A stretch of 64,000 nucleotides of DNA from Flaccisagitta enflata. Lineage: Eukaryota. A model generated the notes under the pieces. It made no database searches. It saw only the letters and a list, made by a program, of their open reading frames with translations, and was not told where the DNA came from. Below are positions 42,443-55,476 of the stretch, in pieces. The stretch spans positions 1,798,001 through 1,862,000 of the forward strand of contig OZ231126.1 in the NCBI GenBank assembly GCA_965153355.1. The letters are read 5' to 3'. The position numbers and the translations under genes were made by a program. Position 1 is the stretch's first letter, and every line of letters begins with the position of its first letter.

Positions 42443-42781
42443 TCCACTCGTCATACATAACATCTCCGCTTAAGCAAACCATACTTTCGTCAAACTAACA
42501 TAACTTTCATTTATTTCGTCCGAAATTTTTCTTTATCTTTTTTGAGATAAGATCTAAGAAAATTCGCCGCTTTTTGGAAATGAACATATGAACACATTTT
42601 GGGATCTCATCGACGATTCCTTAACAACATGGGGGGGGGGGGGGGAGAGAAAATGGGGGGGGGGGATTTGGGGGGTTGAAAGGGGAAAGGGGAGTAAGAA
42701 CCCACTGGACTGGGAGACTGATGTAGAGTTGATGGGACATTTCAAACCCACTAAGCATTTAGCATTTAGCATTTAGCATTT

Positions 42782-43299
42782 AGCTTCATTAAAGCGCATG
42801 CTAAGGGACTGGGCCAAATTCTGCCTAATAGTGAAGCTGCCTTATTGCCAATGTAGAAATAACTACAAAATCTTTCAAGGGACTGTAAGTTAGATGCCTT
42901 ATAGGTGGGCATGCCTTACTAGCGGGTGCGCTCTAGCGATGCTCCACTGTATTTGAACCATTATGCATTATCATCATTTGACCAGTTGATAAGTCCATCC
43001 CTTCCATTCTTAATCATCTTCTTTAACTGTTCGTCCGTGCACAGAATTTCTGATTTTAGGGGTCTGGAGATGAGAATTGAGCCAGCCTAAGCAGTAGTGA
43101 TTCTTTTCTTGTTATTTTGATAGTACAGTGGAGCACCGCTGGAGGGCACCCACTAGTAAGGCATGCCCGCCTATTAGGCATCTAACTTACAGTCCCTTGA
43201 GAGATTTTGTAGTTATTTCTACATTGGCAATAAGGCAGCTTCACTATAAGGCAAAATTTGGCCCACTCCCTTAGCATGCGCTTTGATGAAGCTGAACTG
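42782..43299. mobile_element. Two inverted copies of a ~175-bp TA-flanked MITE (42782-42951 and 43124-43299)
   Basis: The arms are reverse complements, ending ctccactgTA / TAcagtggag. A related fragment lies at ~29982-30103. Confidence 0.8.
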
Positions 43300-45382
43300 T
43301 ACCAGTAATTATAGAATAATACTTCAATAGAAATAGGCAACGGATGTCACTGACATCCCTCCAGCTCATTGTTTTCATCCATTCTTTTCTTTTCTTTTTT
43401 CTTTTCTTTCTCGTATTCTCCGAATTTTCTGCTTCCGCTTTCGAAATGACTAAGTGAAGGAACGAAAAACATTTTTGCTGCCAATTTTTATGACATTCTC
43501 GGAAAATGAATGATTCTCTTTAACAGCTTCGTTCACACGCGTGATGAGCACAATAACAAAGACCCAGATGCTCGCTCACTCTCGCTGCATCACTCGCTCG
43601 CTCATTCAAACTCAATCAATGGCTCCCTTTCTCGATTGATGAACCACTCGTTCAATCCATGCAACTCATTTGACAGTCACTCGCTCATTCTCACCCAATC
43701 TCGCCCATACTCGCTCGATCATTCATAAAAGCGCACTCGCTCCTTTACTTCCTTGATGCAAATTGCTCATTCACTCTTTCTAGATCGCTTGCTTCCTCAC
43801 TCCCATACCAACGGTGGAATAGATTGCTCACTCTGAAAAAAAAACTATTGACCATTCAATTAATCTCACACCCTTTCCCCCTCCCCCGGCCCCCCATCCC
43901 TATGTGTAACTCACTATTTCATACTCCAACGGTTCAACCCCTGTTTGAGTCATTGATATGTTGTTTTCTTTTTTTTCTCTCTCTTTAGTTTTCGCAATAT
44001 GTAAATCAAATCTATCAAAGCCTAAATCGGCATTTCAGTCGGTCTTTGCTTTGGTGAAATATCGCAAACTTCATTTCAATCTGTCATCGAAATCATTCAC
44101 TTTTCAAAAAATTGAAGAAAAAAAATATTATCCTAAACCCTTTTCAAACCATTTGATTATTTTTTATCTTGTGAAACAAAGCATTCGCGCTTAAATCTCC
44201 ATCAGTTGAAGTAAAATTCTGTGTTGATAATGCTTTAGCAGCAATCTCAATTTAGTAACATTTGTTGCAAACCAACCAAAAATAAGAAAAAAAAATCAAA
44301 TTTGACTTTTTTTGAAAATTAGAGCAGCTGATTTTAACATTGATCAATGATCCATATGATAATTCTCACGCCCGGTTAAACAAGAAGAAAAAAAGAATTT
44401 ACAACATACAGACAGAATAAATGGCCAAAAATGATTTGAACAAGATGGTCCAATTTGGTCAACCCGGATAAAGATGGTTTCATTTTGACAATGGCGTTTT
44501 AAAAACATATTGATTTCATTTTTTTATAATTGCTCGGGAAGAAAGAACATGAATCAGGCCGCTTCTATTTACTTTACAGTGAGTCATATTCATGAGAACA
44601 TTTTCACTTTTCACATTTATGCTTCTTTTTTTATCATGCCTTTCGACTGATTGCGTAATGAGTATGTTCTCAATCAGTGAACATCGATATATCGGTCAAG
44701 TCTTTGATGCATCGCACCACACGGTTATTGTACAGACCGCGAGTTAACCACATCAAGAGAAAATTATTTGCCACAGTTTCATGTTCATATTTTCTTTTTC
44801 ATAATTAATGATTTGATATCACCTATCTCTATTCTTAAAGAAGAACCATCTTAAAAAAAAAAAACAAGGTCATTAGACCTATGTCGCGTGCGTCAGTATT
44901 TTCAGAAAGTTTCGGTCAGACAGACATACAAACAGACAGACAGACAGACAGACAGGCGCACACAAATTTTCAAAATGAAAAATCTCTCACTCGTAACAAT
45001 GATTAACTTTGAAAGAGTGCCGCTTGTAAACGAACGGGATCGGTTCCACGTCGCACCATTTCTAGATAGTTGTTTGTTCTCTTTCAAATGAGAACAATCT
45101 GGGGTTTGTAGCGAAATTGAATTGTAGAACACCGTTGCTCCAAAGTAAATACTTGTTGCTTGTTGCTTGATGACATCATTATTTTGAGAGAAAGTAATGG
45201 CAGCTTCACGATCAGGCATTGGGTATTTTGTATTTACTATTGGGTATTTTGTATTTTGTATTGTATTTTGTATCTTGTTATGGGTATTTTGTATTTGCTA
45301 TCAAACATTGGGTCCATTGTATCGCCCCGTTCAGATCTAGATCTCCGTTTAGAATACTCATCAGCTTCAAATGCCTACTCAC

Positions 45383-47102
45383 CAGCGGAAGGTCGATCCG
45401 AATATCTCGTGCAGTAGACCCAAGCAGGCCACAACATTTGTTCTCCGCCTTTCCCGGCCTTACCACCGCCGCCGCCGCCGCCGCCGCCGCCACCGCCGCC
45501 ACCGCTTCCACCAGACGCTGCAGCACCAGCAGCTGCACCGCTTCCGGCCGGCGATTTGCGCGGCGAAGATGTCGAAGAAGATTCGCTGTTGGTGTCGCTG
45601 ATGTGGCCGGAAACGCCCGTCATTCCACCTCCTCCTCCTCCTCCTCCTCCCATTGGAGAGAGAGCGCCGGGGCTTCGAGGCGAGAGCGCCCGAGATGAGC
45701 GAGGAGAGTAGGCGCCGGGAGTCAAAGCGCCACCTGGACGTGGAGTTGTGGGAGTCAGAGATCGCGGAGTGGTGTTGCTGTTGTTGTTGTTGCTGTGCTG
45801 TTGTTGATGATGGAGAGGATGATGATGATGATGATGATGATTGTTGTTAATGTTGATGCCATTGTTGATACTGTTGCTGATGCTGTTGCTGATGCTGTTG
45901 CTAATGCTGTTGCCATGGAGATGAAATGAGTCCAAGAGAAATCTCGAAGTCTTATCAGCCAAAGACAAAGAAGATGAGGAAGATGATGAGGATGAGGATG
46001 AGGATGAGGAAGAAAGTCGATGAGGATGAGGAGATAAAGGCGCCGATGAGGAGTTTGAGGATGAGGCGAAGGATGGAAACGCTTGAGGAGGAAGATGAGG
46101 AGCGAACGGATGAGGATGAGGTGCAGAGAGAAGATGAGGATGCGGAGGATGAAGTGGATGAGGTCTGTTTAATGGAGATGGTTTGGATAGTTTTTGCTGT
46201 TGCTGATTTTGCTGCTGTTGTTGTTGTTGTTGTTGAAGATGAGGAGGGAGATGAGGATAAGGTGGTGGCTGTTGCTGTTGTTGCTGTAGTTGTTGTTGTT
46301 GTTGTTAGTCTGAATGGCGCTGCGATGAGACTGATGAATTTGGTCATTTCAGCGGCGCCAAATTTGGCCTCGTTTACGCCAAAAAACGCCGCCGAAGCCT
46401 CGGAAGAGGAAGAGGAGGAGGAAGAGGAAGAGGAGGAAGAGGAGTTGACGGCGTCGTGGAAGAGGTGAGCGGGCAAAAGCGGCGCCGTAGGCAGATGAGC
46501 ATGAGGATGAGGATGAGGATGAGGAGCTGGATGAGGAGCTGCGGGGAAACCGGCGTCGAAAGATGAGGATGTAGGAGGAGTTGGGACGCCACTTCTACCG
46601 GTGAGGTCACGTGATGATAACAACGCCGCTGAAGGAGGCGGCGACGTCATCGAATCTCGTGGCTCGGATGAAGGAGGGAGAGGAAGAGGAGGAAGACCAA
46701 CGGCAGGTGGAAGAGCAAGAGGAGGAGGAGGAGGAGTGGAAGACGACGAAGAGGAAGAGGTTTCAGATTTGGCGCCGTTTGGAGGAGCCCCGGCGCCAAA
46801 GTTAGGGCTCAAGATGCTGTCGATGAAGAAATTGGTCAAACGCTGCTGATGAGTGGACGTGGCCGCGGCCGCGGCAGCCGCAGCCGCAGCCGCAGCAGCG
46901 ACGGCAGCGGCGGCGGCGGCAGTTCCGCCGTCAGCGGCGCCAAGACCGAGGCTGGAAGAAGATGGCGGCGCTGACGAGGATGCGAGTGAAGAGGACGAGG
47001 AAGACGAAGGTGGAGGAGGAGGAGGTGGAGGAGGAAGAGCAGAGAGCGGGAGTAAGGAAGCGCTACGGATTGGCTTGGGTACGACGATGGAAGGCTTGGA
47101 TG
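45383..47102 (-). pseudogene. en: Second copy of engrailed exon 2 (1720 nt, not a multiple of 3; stop at 45955-45957 if read through as assembled)
   Basis: Acceptor ctctacag and donor G|GTGAGT are intact. EH1 and EH2 are present but in different frames. Removing one base at 46305/46306 restores a continuous frame. Confidence 0.7.
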
Positions 47103-50100
47103 CTGTAGAGGGATGATTGATTTTAGGAGAGAAAATAATAGATGAAGAAAAATTAGGAAAAAAAGAAGAATAAATCCAGTACGTCTGCCAGTATCTGACT
47201 CTAGCTGTCTTTCTACATGTCAGTCAATGAATAATCTGTAGACTCGGCACTGAGTTTGATTTTGTATGAAAGTGTATGTATATTTATAGTATGTTTGTTT
47301 GTTTGTTTATTTATTGGTTTTTTCATTTGTTTATATGTTTATTTATATCTTTATTTGTTTGTTATTCTTTTGTTATTCTTTGTTTATTCTGTTTCTCTCC
47401 CACGTTTTTGTTTCCTTACCATTTTCTTGTGCCATAGGATGCTGTCTTCTTCTTTCTTGTGATTCCATGTCTTGTAGGAACTTCCTTTGATTGTGAATGT
47501 GATCTTCAAGAAGTCCCAACCATTTTGGTTGAACCTTTAACAATTCTTCCATCGACTCGCATCCTGAACAATTAAAGCAACCAAGATGAACAGCATCAAG
47601 AACCTCATTTACATGTTGCAGTTTTAGGATGACTGCCCAATTGTTATAACGTTAGTTTGGAATATATTTGAATTTGAGTTGGAGCTTAAACCTTTACTAA
47701 ATCATTGTGTTTTTGAAATAAAAAAGTTATAAACATCATCATGTGTTTCATGTAGCCCTCCGTGAATAAGATTTATATTGATGATTTAGGACCTAAATAA
47801 CATCCAATCAACAAAATAAACTAAACTTTTCGATCTCAAATTCGGTCCGATTCGCCGCACCGAAGCCAAGGCTGGCTATGGCGCCTCAGCCTTTAGCTGG
47901 AGTGCTGGATTTCGGTTCGGTCCTGGGCTGGTGGGTTTTGAGAATTGAGGCAAAATACCCTTACTCAGCGATTCTCGGGTGATGTGTTACTCAAGAGTAG
48001 GACCAAATTACTCGGATGGGTGAATTTTATTGTCATGATACCATGATTGACGACACGTGACTTAAACAGTGCTCTCCGGGGAAGGTTTTTTTAACCTTTT
48101 CTGTCTGTCTGTTTATTTGTCGGTCTTTTTGACCTTGTTTTACTATCTTTGCAGGGTCTGAAAAAAAAAATGATCAGCAGCGCTTGATTCTAATCACATT
48201 CTCCTTCGCATCATTTGCTTGCTCACCTCCGAGCGCATCTCTGTTGCGGAGATTTTGCTTCCGCTTTCGAAATGACAAAGTGAAGGAACGAAAAACATTT
48301 TTGCTGCCAATTTTTATGACATTCTCGGAAAATGAATGATTCTCTTTAACAGCTTCGTTCACACGCGTGATGACACAATAACAAAGACCCAGATGCTCGC
48401 TCACTCTCGCTGCATCACTCGCTCGCTCATTCAAACTCAATCAATGGCTCCCTTTCTCGATTGATGAACCACTCGTTCAATCCATGCAACTCATTTGACA
48501 GTCACTCGCTCATTCTCACCCAATCTCGCCCATACTCGCTCGATCATTCATAAAAGCGCACTCGCTCCTTTACTTCCTTGATGCAAATTGCTCATTCACT
48601 CTTTCTAGATCGCTTGCTTCCTCACTCCCATACCAACGGTGGAATAGATTGCTCACTCTGAAAAAAAAACTATTGACCATTCAATTAATCTCACACCCTT
48701 TCCCCCTCCCCCGGCCCCCCATCCCTATGTGTAACTCACTATTTCATACTCCAACGGTTCAACCCCTGTTTGAGTCATTGATATGTTGTTTTCTTTTTTT
48801 TCTCTCTCTTTAGTTTTCGCAATATGTAAATCAAATCTATCAAAGCCTAAATCGGCATTTCAGTCGGTCTTTGCTTTGGTGAAATATCGCAAACTTCATT
48901 TCAATCTGTCATCGAAATCATTCACTTTTCAAAAAATTGAAGAAAAAAAATATTATCCTAAACCCTTTTCAAACCATTTGATTATTTTTTATCTTGTGAA
49001 ACAAAGCATTCGCGCTTAAATCTCCATCAGTTGAAGTAAAATTCTGTGTTGATAATGCTTTAGCAGCAATCTCAATTTAGTAACATTTGTTGCAAACCAA
49101 CCAAAAATAAGAAAAAAAAATCAAATTTGACTTTTTTTGAAAATTAGAGCAGCTGATTTTAACATTGATCAATGATCCATATGATAATTCTCACGCCCGG
49201 TTAAACAAGAAGAAAAAAAGAATTTACAACATACAGACAGAATAAATGGCCAAAAATGATTTGAACAAGATGGTCCAATTTGGTCAACCCGGATAAAGAT
49301 GGTTTCATTTTGACAATGGCGTTTTAAAAACATATTGATTTCATTTTTTTATAATTGCTCGGGAAGAAAGAACATGAATCAGGCCGCTTCTATTTACTTT
49401 ACAGTGAGTCATATTCATGAGAACATTTTCACTTTTCACATTTATGCTTCTTTTTTTATCATGCCTTTCGACTGATTGCGTAATGAGTATGTTCTCAATC
49501 AGTGAACATCGATATATCGGTCAAGTCTTTGATGCATCGCACCACACGGTTATTGTACAGACCGCGAGTTAACCACATCAAGAGAAAATTATTTGCCACA
49601 GTTTCATGTTCATATTTTCTTTTTCATAATTAATGATTTGATATCACCTATCTCTATTCTTAAAGAAGAACCATCTTAAAAAAAAAAAACAAGGTCATTA
49701 GACCTATGTCGCGTGCGTCAGTATTTTCAGAAAGTTTCGGTCAGACAGACATACAAACAGACAGACAGACAGACAGACAGGCGCACACAAATTTTCAAAA
49801 TGAAAAATCTCTCACTCGTAACAATGATTAACTTTGAAAGAGTGCCGCTTGTAAACGAACGGGATCGGTTCCACGTCGCACCATTTCTAGATAGTTGTTT
49901 GTTCTCTTTCAAATGAGAACAATCTGGGGTTTGTAGCGAAATTGAATTGTAGAACACCGTTGCTCCAAAGTAAATACTTGTTGCTTGTTGCTTGATGACA
50001 TCATTATTTTGAGAGAAAGTAATGGCAGCTTCACGATCAGGCATTGGGTATTTTGTATTTACTATTGGGTATTTTGTATTTTGTATTGTATTTTGTATCT

Positions 50101-50207
50101 TGTTATGGGTATTTTGTATTTGCTATCAAACATTGGGTCCATTGTATCGCCCCGTTCAGATCTAGATCTCCGTTTAGAATACTCATCAGCTTCAAATGCC
50201 TACTCAC

Positions 50208-51980
50208 CAGCGGAAGGTCGATCCGAGTATCTCGTGCAGTAGACCCAAGCAGGCCACAACATTTGTTCTCCACCTTTCCCGGCCTTACCACCGCTGCCGC
50301 CGCCGCCGCCGCCGCCACCGCCGCCACCGCTTCCACCAGACGCTGCAGCACCAGCAGCTGCACCGCTTCCGGCCGGCGATTTGCGCGGCGAAGATGTCGA
50401 AGAAGATTCGCTGTTGGTGTCGCTGATGTGGCCGGAAACGCCAGTCATTCCACCTCCTCCTCCTCCTCCTCCTCCCATTGGAGAGAGAGCGCCGGGGCTT
50501 CGAGGCGAGAGCGCCCGAGATGAGCGAGGAGAATAAGCGCCGGGAGTCAGAGCGCCACCTGGACGAGCGCCACCTGGACGTGGAGTTGTGGGAGTCAGAG
50601 ATCGCGGAGTGGTGTTGCTGTTGTTGTTGTTGCTGTGCTGTTGTTGATGATGGAGAGGATGATGATGATGATGATGATGATTGTTGTTAATGTTGATGCC
50701 ATTGTTGATACTGTTGCTGATGCTGTTGCTGATGCTGTTGCTGATGCTGTTGCCATGGAGATGAAATGAGTCCAAGAGAAATCTCGAAGTCTTATCAGCC
50801 AAAGACAAAGAAGATGAGGAAGATGATGAAGATGAGGATGAGGATGAGGAGGATAGTCGATGAGGATGAAGTCGATGAGGATGAGGAGATAAAGGCGCCG
50901 ATGAGGAGTTTGAGGATGAGGCGAAGGATGGAAACGCTTGAGGAGGAAGATGAGGAGCGAACGGATGAGGATGAGGTGCAGAGAGAAGATGAGGATGAGA
51001 AGATGAGGATGCGGAGGATGAAGTGGATGAGGTCTGTTTAATGGAGATGGTTTGGAGAGTTTTTGCTGTTGCTGATTTTGCTGTTGTTGTTGTTGTTGTT
51101 GAAGATGAGGAGGGAGATGAGGATAAGGTGGTGGCTGTTGCTATTATTGCTCTGGTTGTTATTATTGTTATTCTTGTTGTTGATGGTAGTTGATGATGAT
51201 GTTGGCACTCTTTGATGGACCAGTGAATTTCAGCGGCGCCAAATTTGGCCTCGTTTACGCCAAAAAACGCCGCCGAAGCCTCGGAAGAAGAAGAGGAGGA
51301 GGAAGAGGAAGAGGAGGAAGAGGAGTTGACGGCGTCGTGGAAGAGGTGAGCGGGCAAAAGCGGCGCCGTAGGCAGATGAGCATGAGGATGAGGATGAGGA
51401 TGAGGAGCTGGATGAGGAGCTGCGGGGAAACCGGCGTCGAAAGATGAGGATGTAGGAGGAGTTGGGACGCCACTTCTACCGGTGAGGTCACGTGATGATA
51501 ACAACGCCGCTGAAGGAGGCGGCGACGTCATCGAATCTCGTGGCTCGGATGAAGGAGGGAGAGGAAGAGGAGGAAGACCAACGGCAGGTGGAAGAGCAAG
51601 AGGAGGAGGAGGAGGAGTGGAAGACGACGAAGAGGAAGAGGTTTCAGATTTGGCGCCGTTTGGAGGAGCCCCGGCGCCAAAGTTAGGGCTCAAGATGCTG
51701 TCGATGAAGAAATTGGTCAAACGCTGCTGATGAGTGGACGTGGCCGCGGCCGCGGCAGCCGCAGCGGCAGCCGCAGCAGCGACGGCAGCGGCGGCGGCAG
51801 CTCCGCCGTCAGCGGCGCCAAGACCGAGGCTGGAAGAAGATGGCGGCGCTGACGAGGATGCGAGTGAAGAGGATGAGGAAGACGAAGGTGGAGGAGGAGG
51901 AGGTGGAGGGGGAAGAGCAGAGAGCGGGAGTAAGGAAGCGCTACGGATTGGCTTGGGTACGACGATGGATGGCTTGGATG
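50208..51980 (-). CDS. en: Engrailed-family gene, coding exon 2 (poly-Ala, EH1, long low-complexity region, EH2)
   Basis: EH1 RLTNFFIDSILSPNFG and EH2 [19 protein letters not shown]. Acceptor ccctctacag, donor G|GTGAGT. 1773 nt, phase 1-1, joining exons 1 and 3 in frame. Confidence 0.9.
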
Positions 51981-53096
51981 CTGTAGAGGGATGATTGATT
52001 TTAGGAGAGAAAATGATAGATAAAGAAAACTTAGGAAAAAAGAATAAATCTAGTACGTTTGCTAGTATCTGACTCTAGGTGTCTTTCTACATGTCAGTCA
52101 ATGAATAATCTGTAGACTCGGCACTGAGTTTGATTTTGTATGAAATTGTATGTATATTTATAGTATGTTTGTTTGTTTGTTTATTGGTTTATTCATTTGT
52201 TTATATCTTTATCTATATCTTTATTTGTTTGTTATTCTTTTGTTATTCTTTGTTTATTCTGTTTCTCTCTCACGTTTTTGTTTCCTTACCATTTTCTTGT
52301 GCCATAGGATGCTGTCTTCTTCTTTCTTGTGATTCCATGTCTTGTAGGAACTTCCTTTGATTGTGAATGTGATCTTCAAGAAGTCCCAACCATTTTGGTT
52401 GAACCTTTAACAATTCTTCCATCGACTCGCATCCTGAACAATTAAAGCAACCAAGATGAACAGCATCAAGAACCTCATTTACATGTTGCAGTTTTAGGAT
52501 GACTGCCCAATTGTTATAACGTTAGTTTGGAATATATTTGAATTTGAGTTGGAGCTTAAACCTTTACTAAATCATTGTGTTTTTGAAATAAAAAAGTTAT
52601 AAACATCATCATGTGTTTCATGTAGCCCTCCGTGAATAAGATTTATATTGATGATTTAGGACCTAAATAACATCCAATCAACAAAATAAACTAAACTTTT
52701 CGATCTCAAATTCGGTCCGATTCGCCGCACCGAAGCCAAGGCTGGCTATGGCGCCTCAGCCTTTAGCTGGAGTGCTGGATTTCGGTTCGGTCCTGGGCTG
52801 GTGGGTTTTGAGAATTGAGGCAAAATACCCTTACTCAGCGATTCTCGGGTGATGTGTTACTCAAGAGTAGGACCAAATTACTCGGATGGGTGAATTTTAT
52901 TGTCATGATACCATGATTGACGACACGTGACTTAAACAGTGCTCTCCGGGGAAGGTTTTTTTAACCTTTTCTGTCTGTCTGTTTATTTGTCGGTCTTTTT
53001 GACCTTGTTTTACTATCTTTGCAGGGTCTGAAAAAAAAAATGATCAGCAGCGCTTGATTCTAATCACATTCTCCTTCGCATCATTTGCTTGCTCAC

Positions 53097-53415
53097 CTCC
53101 GAGCGCATCTCTGTTGCGGAGATTTTGCTGCAGCGCGGCAGCTGCAGGATGTTGCTGCAGCATTTGAGGCAAAACTCCCAAAGCCGGATGTTGCTGTAAC
53201 GCCTGAAGATGCGGCAAATACGCCAAAGGAGGCTCCAATGACTGAAGTTGCTGCAAGGGAGCGGAGGAGGAGGGAGAGGAAGAGGAGGAGTCGGCTTGCT
53301 GTTGCAGTTGCTGTAGTTGCTGCAGTGGTGAAGCACCGAGGGTGTGATGAGGATGAGGATGATGAAGAGGAGGAAATGCCGAAGGAAAGTCTTTTAGCGC
53401 GGAAGTTGAGGCCAT
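53097..53415 (-). CDS. en: Engrailed-family gene, probable coding exon 1 (Gln/His/Pro-rich N-terminus)
   Basis: ATG at 53415 (aagATGG context), MASTSALKDFP...RDALG, donor GGAG|GTGAGC. The 319-nt length gives phase 1, matching exon 2. Composition resembles exon 2. Confidence 0.78.
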
Positions 53416-54105
53416 CTTTCCAGGGAAATGGGGCGTAGATCACTGTCTTTTTCCAGAGGGTAGTAAGTCACTGTTGTTCTTCTGTATTCAGTTCGTTAAA
53501 TATTTTCTTATTCTTATTCCATTTGATCTGTTCACTTATTTTTACTATTTTATCCTTTCCTTTGATGATATTTTACTTCAAATCATGTCTTTTTCTCTCA
53601 ATATGAAGCAATAGTAATTTCACAGTAAAGCACCAGGCTCAGGAGTTTTAGGGTAGCAGCCCTCTCAGGGTGCTATTTCATGACTCATTTTAATTGTTAA
53701 GAAAAGAATTCGTTTTGATTCTGTTGGATTTTGAGCAATTTTTCGGGAAGAAGTTAAGATGTAAGTCATAGAATTATCATTTTCAGCTAAAAAAATAATG
53801 CAAATAAAAGATTTCCAGGTTTTATTGTTATGTGGTTTGCCGGGGACTAAATAAGTATAGACATGTACTATGCATCTTATCGTCAAGAAATGGACCAACG
53901 GCGAATAGCACAATACAGACAAACCAGTGATACTTATGCGAAGGCTATTAATATTCTTATTATTTATTAATGTTCTTCTTATTCTTCTTTATTATTTCTT
54001 TGAACCTTTCTTCCTTTTATATTTTCTTCCTTTCTTCTTCTTCTTCTTCTTCTTCTTCTTCTTCTCTTTAACTAACCCCATTCTTCTTCTTCTTCTTCTT
54101 CTTCT

Positions 54106-54142
<37 letters not shown>

Positions 54143-55476
54143 GACATTGGTCATTTTATATGTGTCGGAAATTGGTGAAGTCGAATCACGGAAATTGATT
54201 CTATAATCTACGACGTCACAAATTGATGACGCGTGACGTCACAATTTGATGACGCGTGATTTTGTAACGTCACAAATTTTCACAGACACACGAAGTCACA
54301 ACCTCACAATCTCATAATCACACAATCTCCCTCTAATAATTTCTCACAATGTAAATCTTTGTCTCTTCCTTCTATTGAAGACATTGAGCTTAAAGGGAAA
54401 AAGACTCTTTAAGACGGCGCCCCCGCGGATTTTGTTACGATGTCCAAGTTTTTTTACGAGGCTACGTCATTTTACGGCCCCAAATCCGGAGACACTGCAT
54501 TAGTGCATTACGCCCTACGTCCCACTACTTCGCTACACCACTTTGCGTAATCATGCGTTCAGAGGGAACCCATTGAAGCAAGCTCAGTCTCCTTTGCTTG
54601 CTCACGAGCTCATTTTTCCATACTTTGCATATTTTCTTTGTTCTACGTCCACCCAGGACCACCCATATTGTTAAGGAAGTGGCTAACTCATTTCTGTTGT
54701 CCAGAATGAATTAATGAGATCTCCCCTCAACATCAATAGGATCCCGCTCGCTCATTCGCTCAACCATTTCCTTTCTCTCTTGCTCATTTACTAAACTTCG
54801 TGGTTGCGTGCAAGGCTGAATTGATTCGGGGGTTACTTTGACAGAGGGAAAAATCCCAGGTATGCTTCTCGCACTCTGTTCTTTTTTCTTCTTGTTAAGT
54901 TCTTTTTCTTGTTCGTGTTCTTGTTCTTGTTCTTGTTCTTGTATTTTTTCTTTTTCTTTTTCTTTTTCTTTTTCTTTTTCTTTTTCTTTTTCTTTTTCTT
55001 TTTCTTTTTCTTTTTCTTCTTCTTCTTCTTCTTCTTCTTTCATTTTCTGTTACTTTTCAGCTCCTTTGTCAATCAGCAGTATCAGAATCAGATGAATATC
55101 TAAAGTGTGATTCAATTTGGCAAAAATTCAGCCCAGTGAAATTAGTTTCAAGGGATCTGAAATATTAATAACTTCATACAATGAGAGAGATTAGTTAAAC
55201 AAATACCTCAGATAAATGTTAACCAGTAAGCAGTGTGATGGGGCAGTGTACATTCCACGTGAATAAGCCAAGACGACCAGTATTGCACGAGAAATACAAG
55301 CTGAGCAACTGAGCAGAAGCTGAGCAGAAGCTGAGCAGAGTTGGGCTAGGAGTAATACGAGATTACAAGCTCACGCTATGACTATGGTTGCAGAAAAGCC
55401 CCAATAATCTATCAGGTCATGATTTGTAATAACCATCGCTATGAGTTTCAGATAATTTCGCGGACGGAGATTTAAT

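Larger units (their letters stand above)
43430..53129. repeat. ~4.85 kb tandem duplication (43430-48259 / 48256-53129) covering the last 33 nt of engrailed exon 1, intron 1, exon 2 and ~1.95 kb of intron 2
   Basis: Direct alignment. The junction at 48256-48259 has TGCT microhomology. The offset is ~4825 at the left end and 4870 at the right end. Confidence 0.96.

Noticed and set aside
46270-46380. A small intron removing the divergent, frameshifting part of exon 2
   Set aside because: The only donor (GGC|GTAAAC) is weak and no acceptor has a pyrimidine tract. It is not supported, although cDNA is needed to exclude it.
45383-47102. Second exon-2 copy as a separate invected/engrailed paralogue
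   Set aside because: It has no start exon or homeobox of its own, lies in the same orientation inside the gene, and has near-identical flanks.
48174-48440. 88-aa ORF sharing its C-terminus with engrailed exon 1
   Set aside because: It is a chimera created by the duplication junction: intron sequence fused to 33 nt of exon 1 and read on into intron 1.
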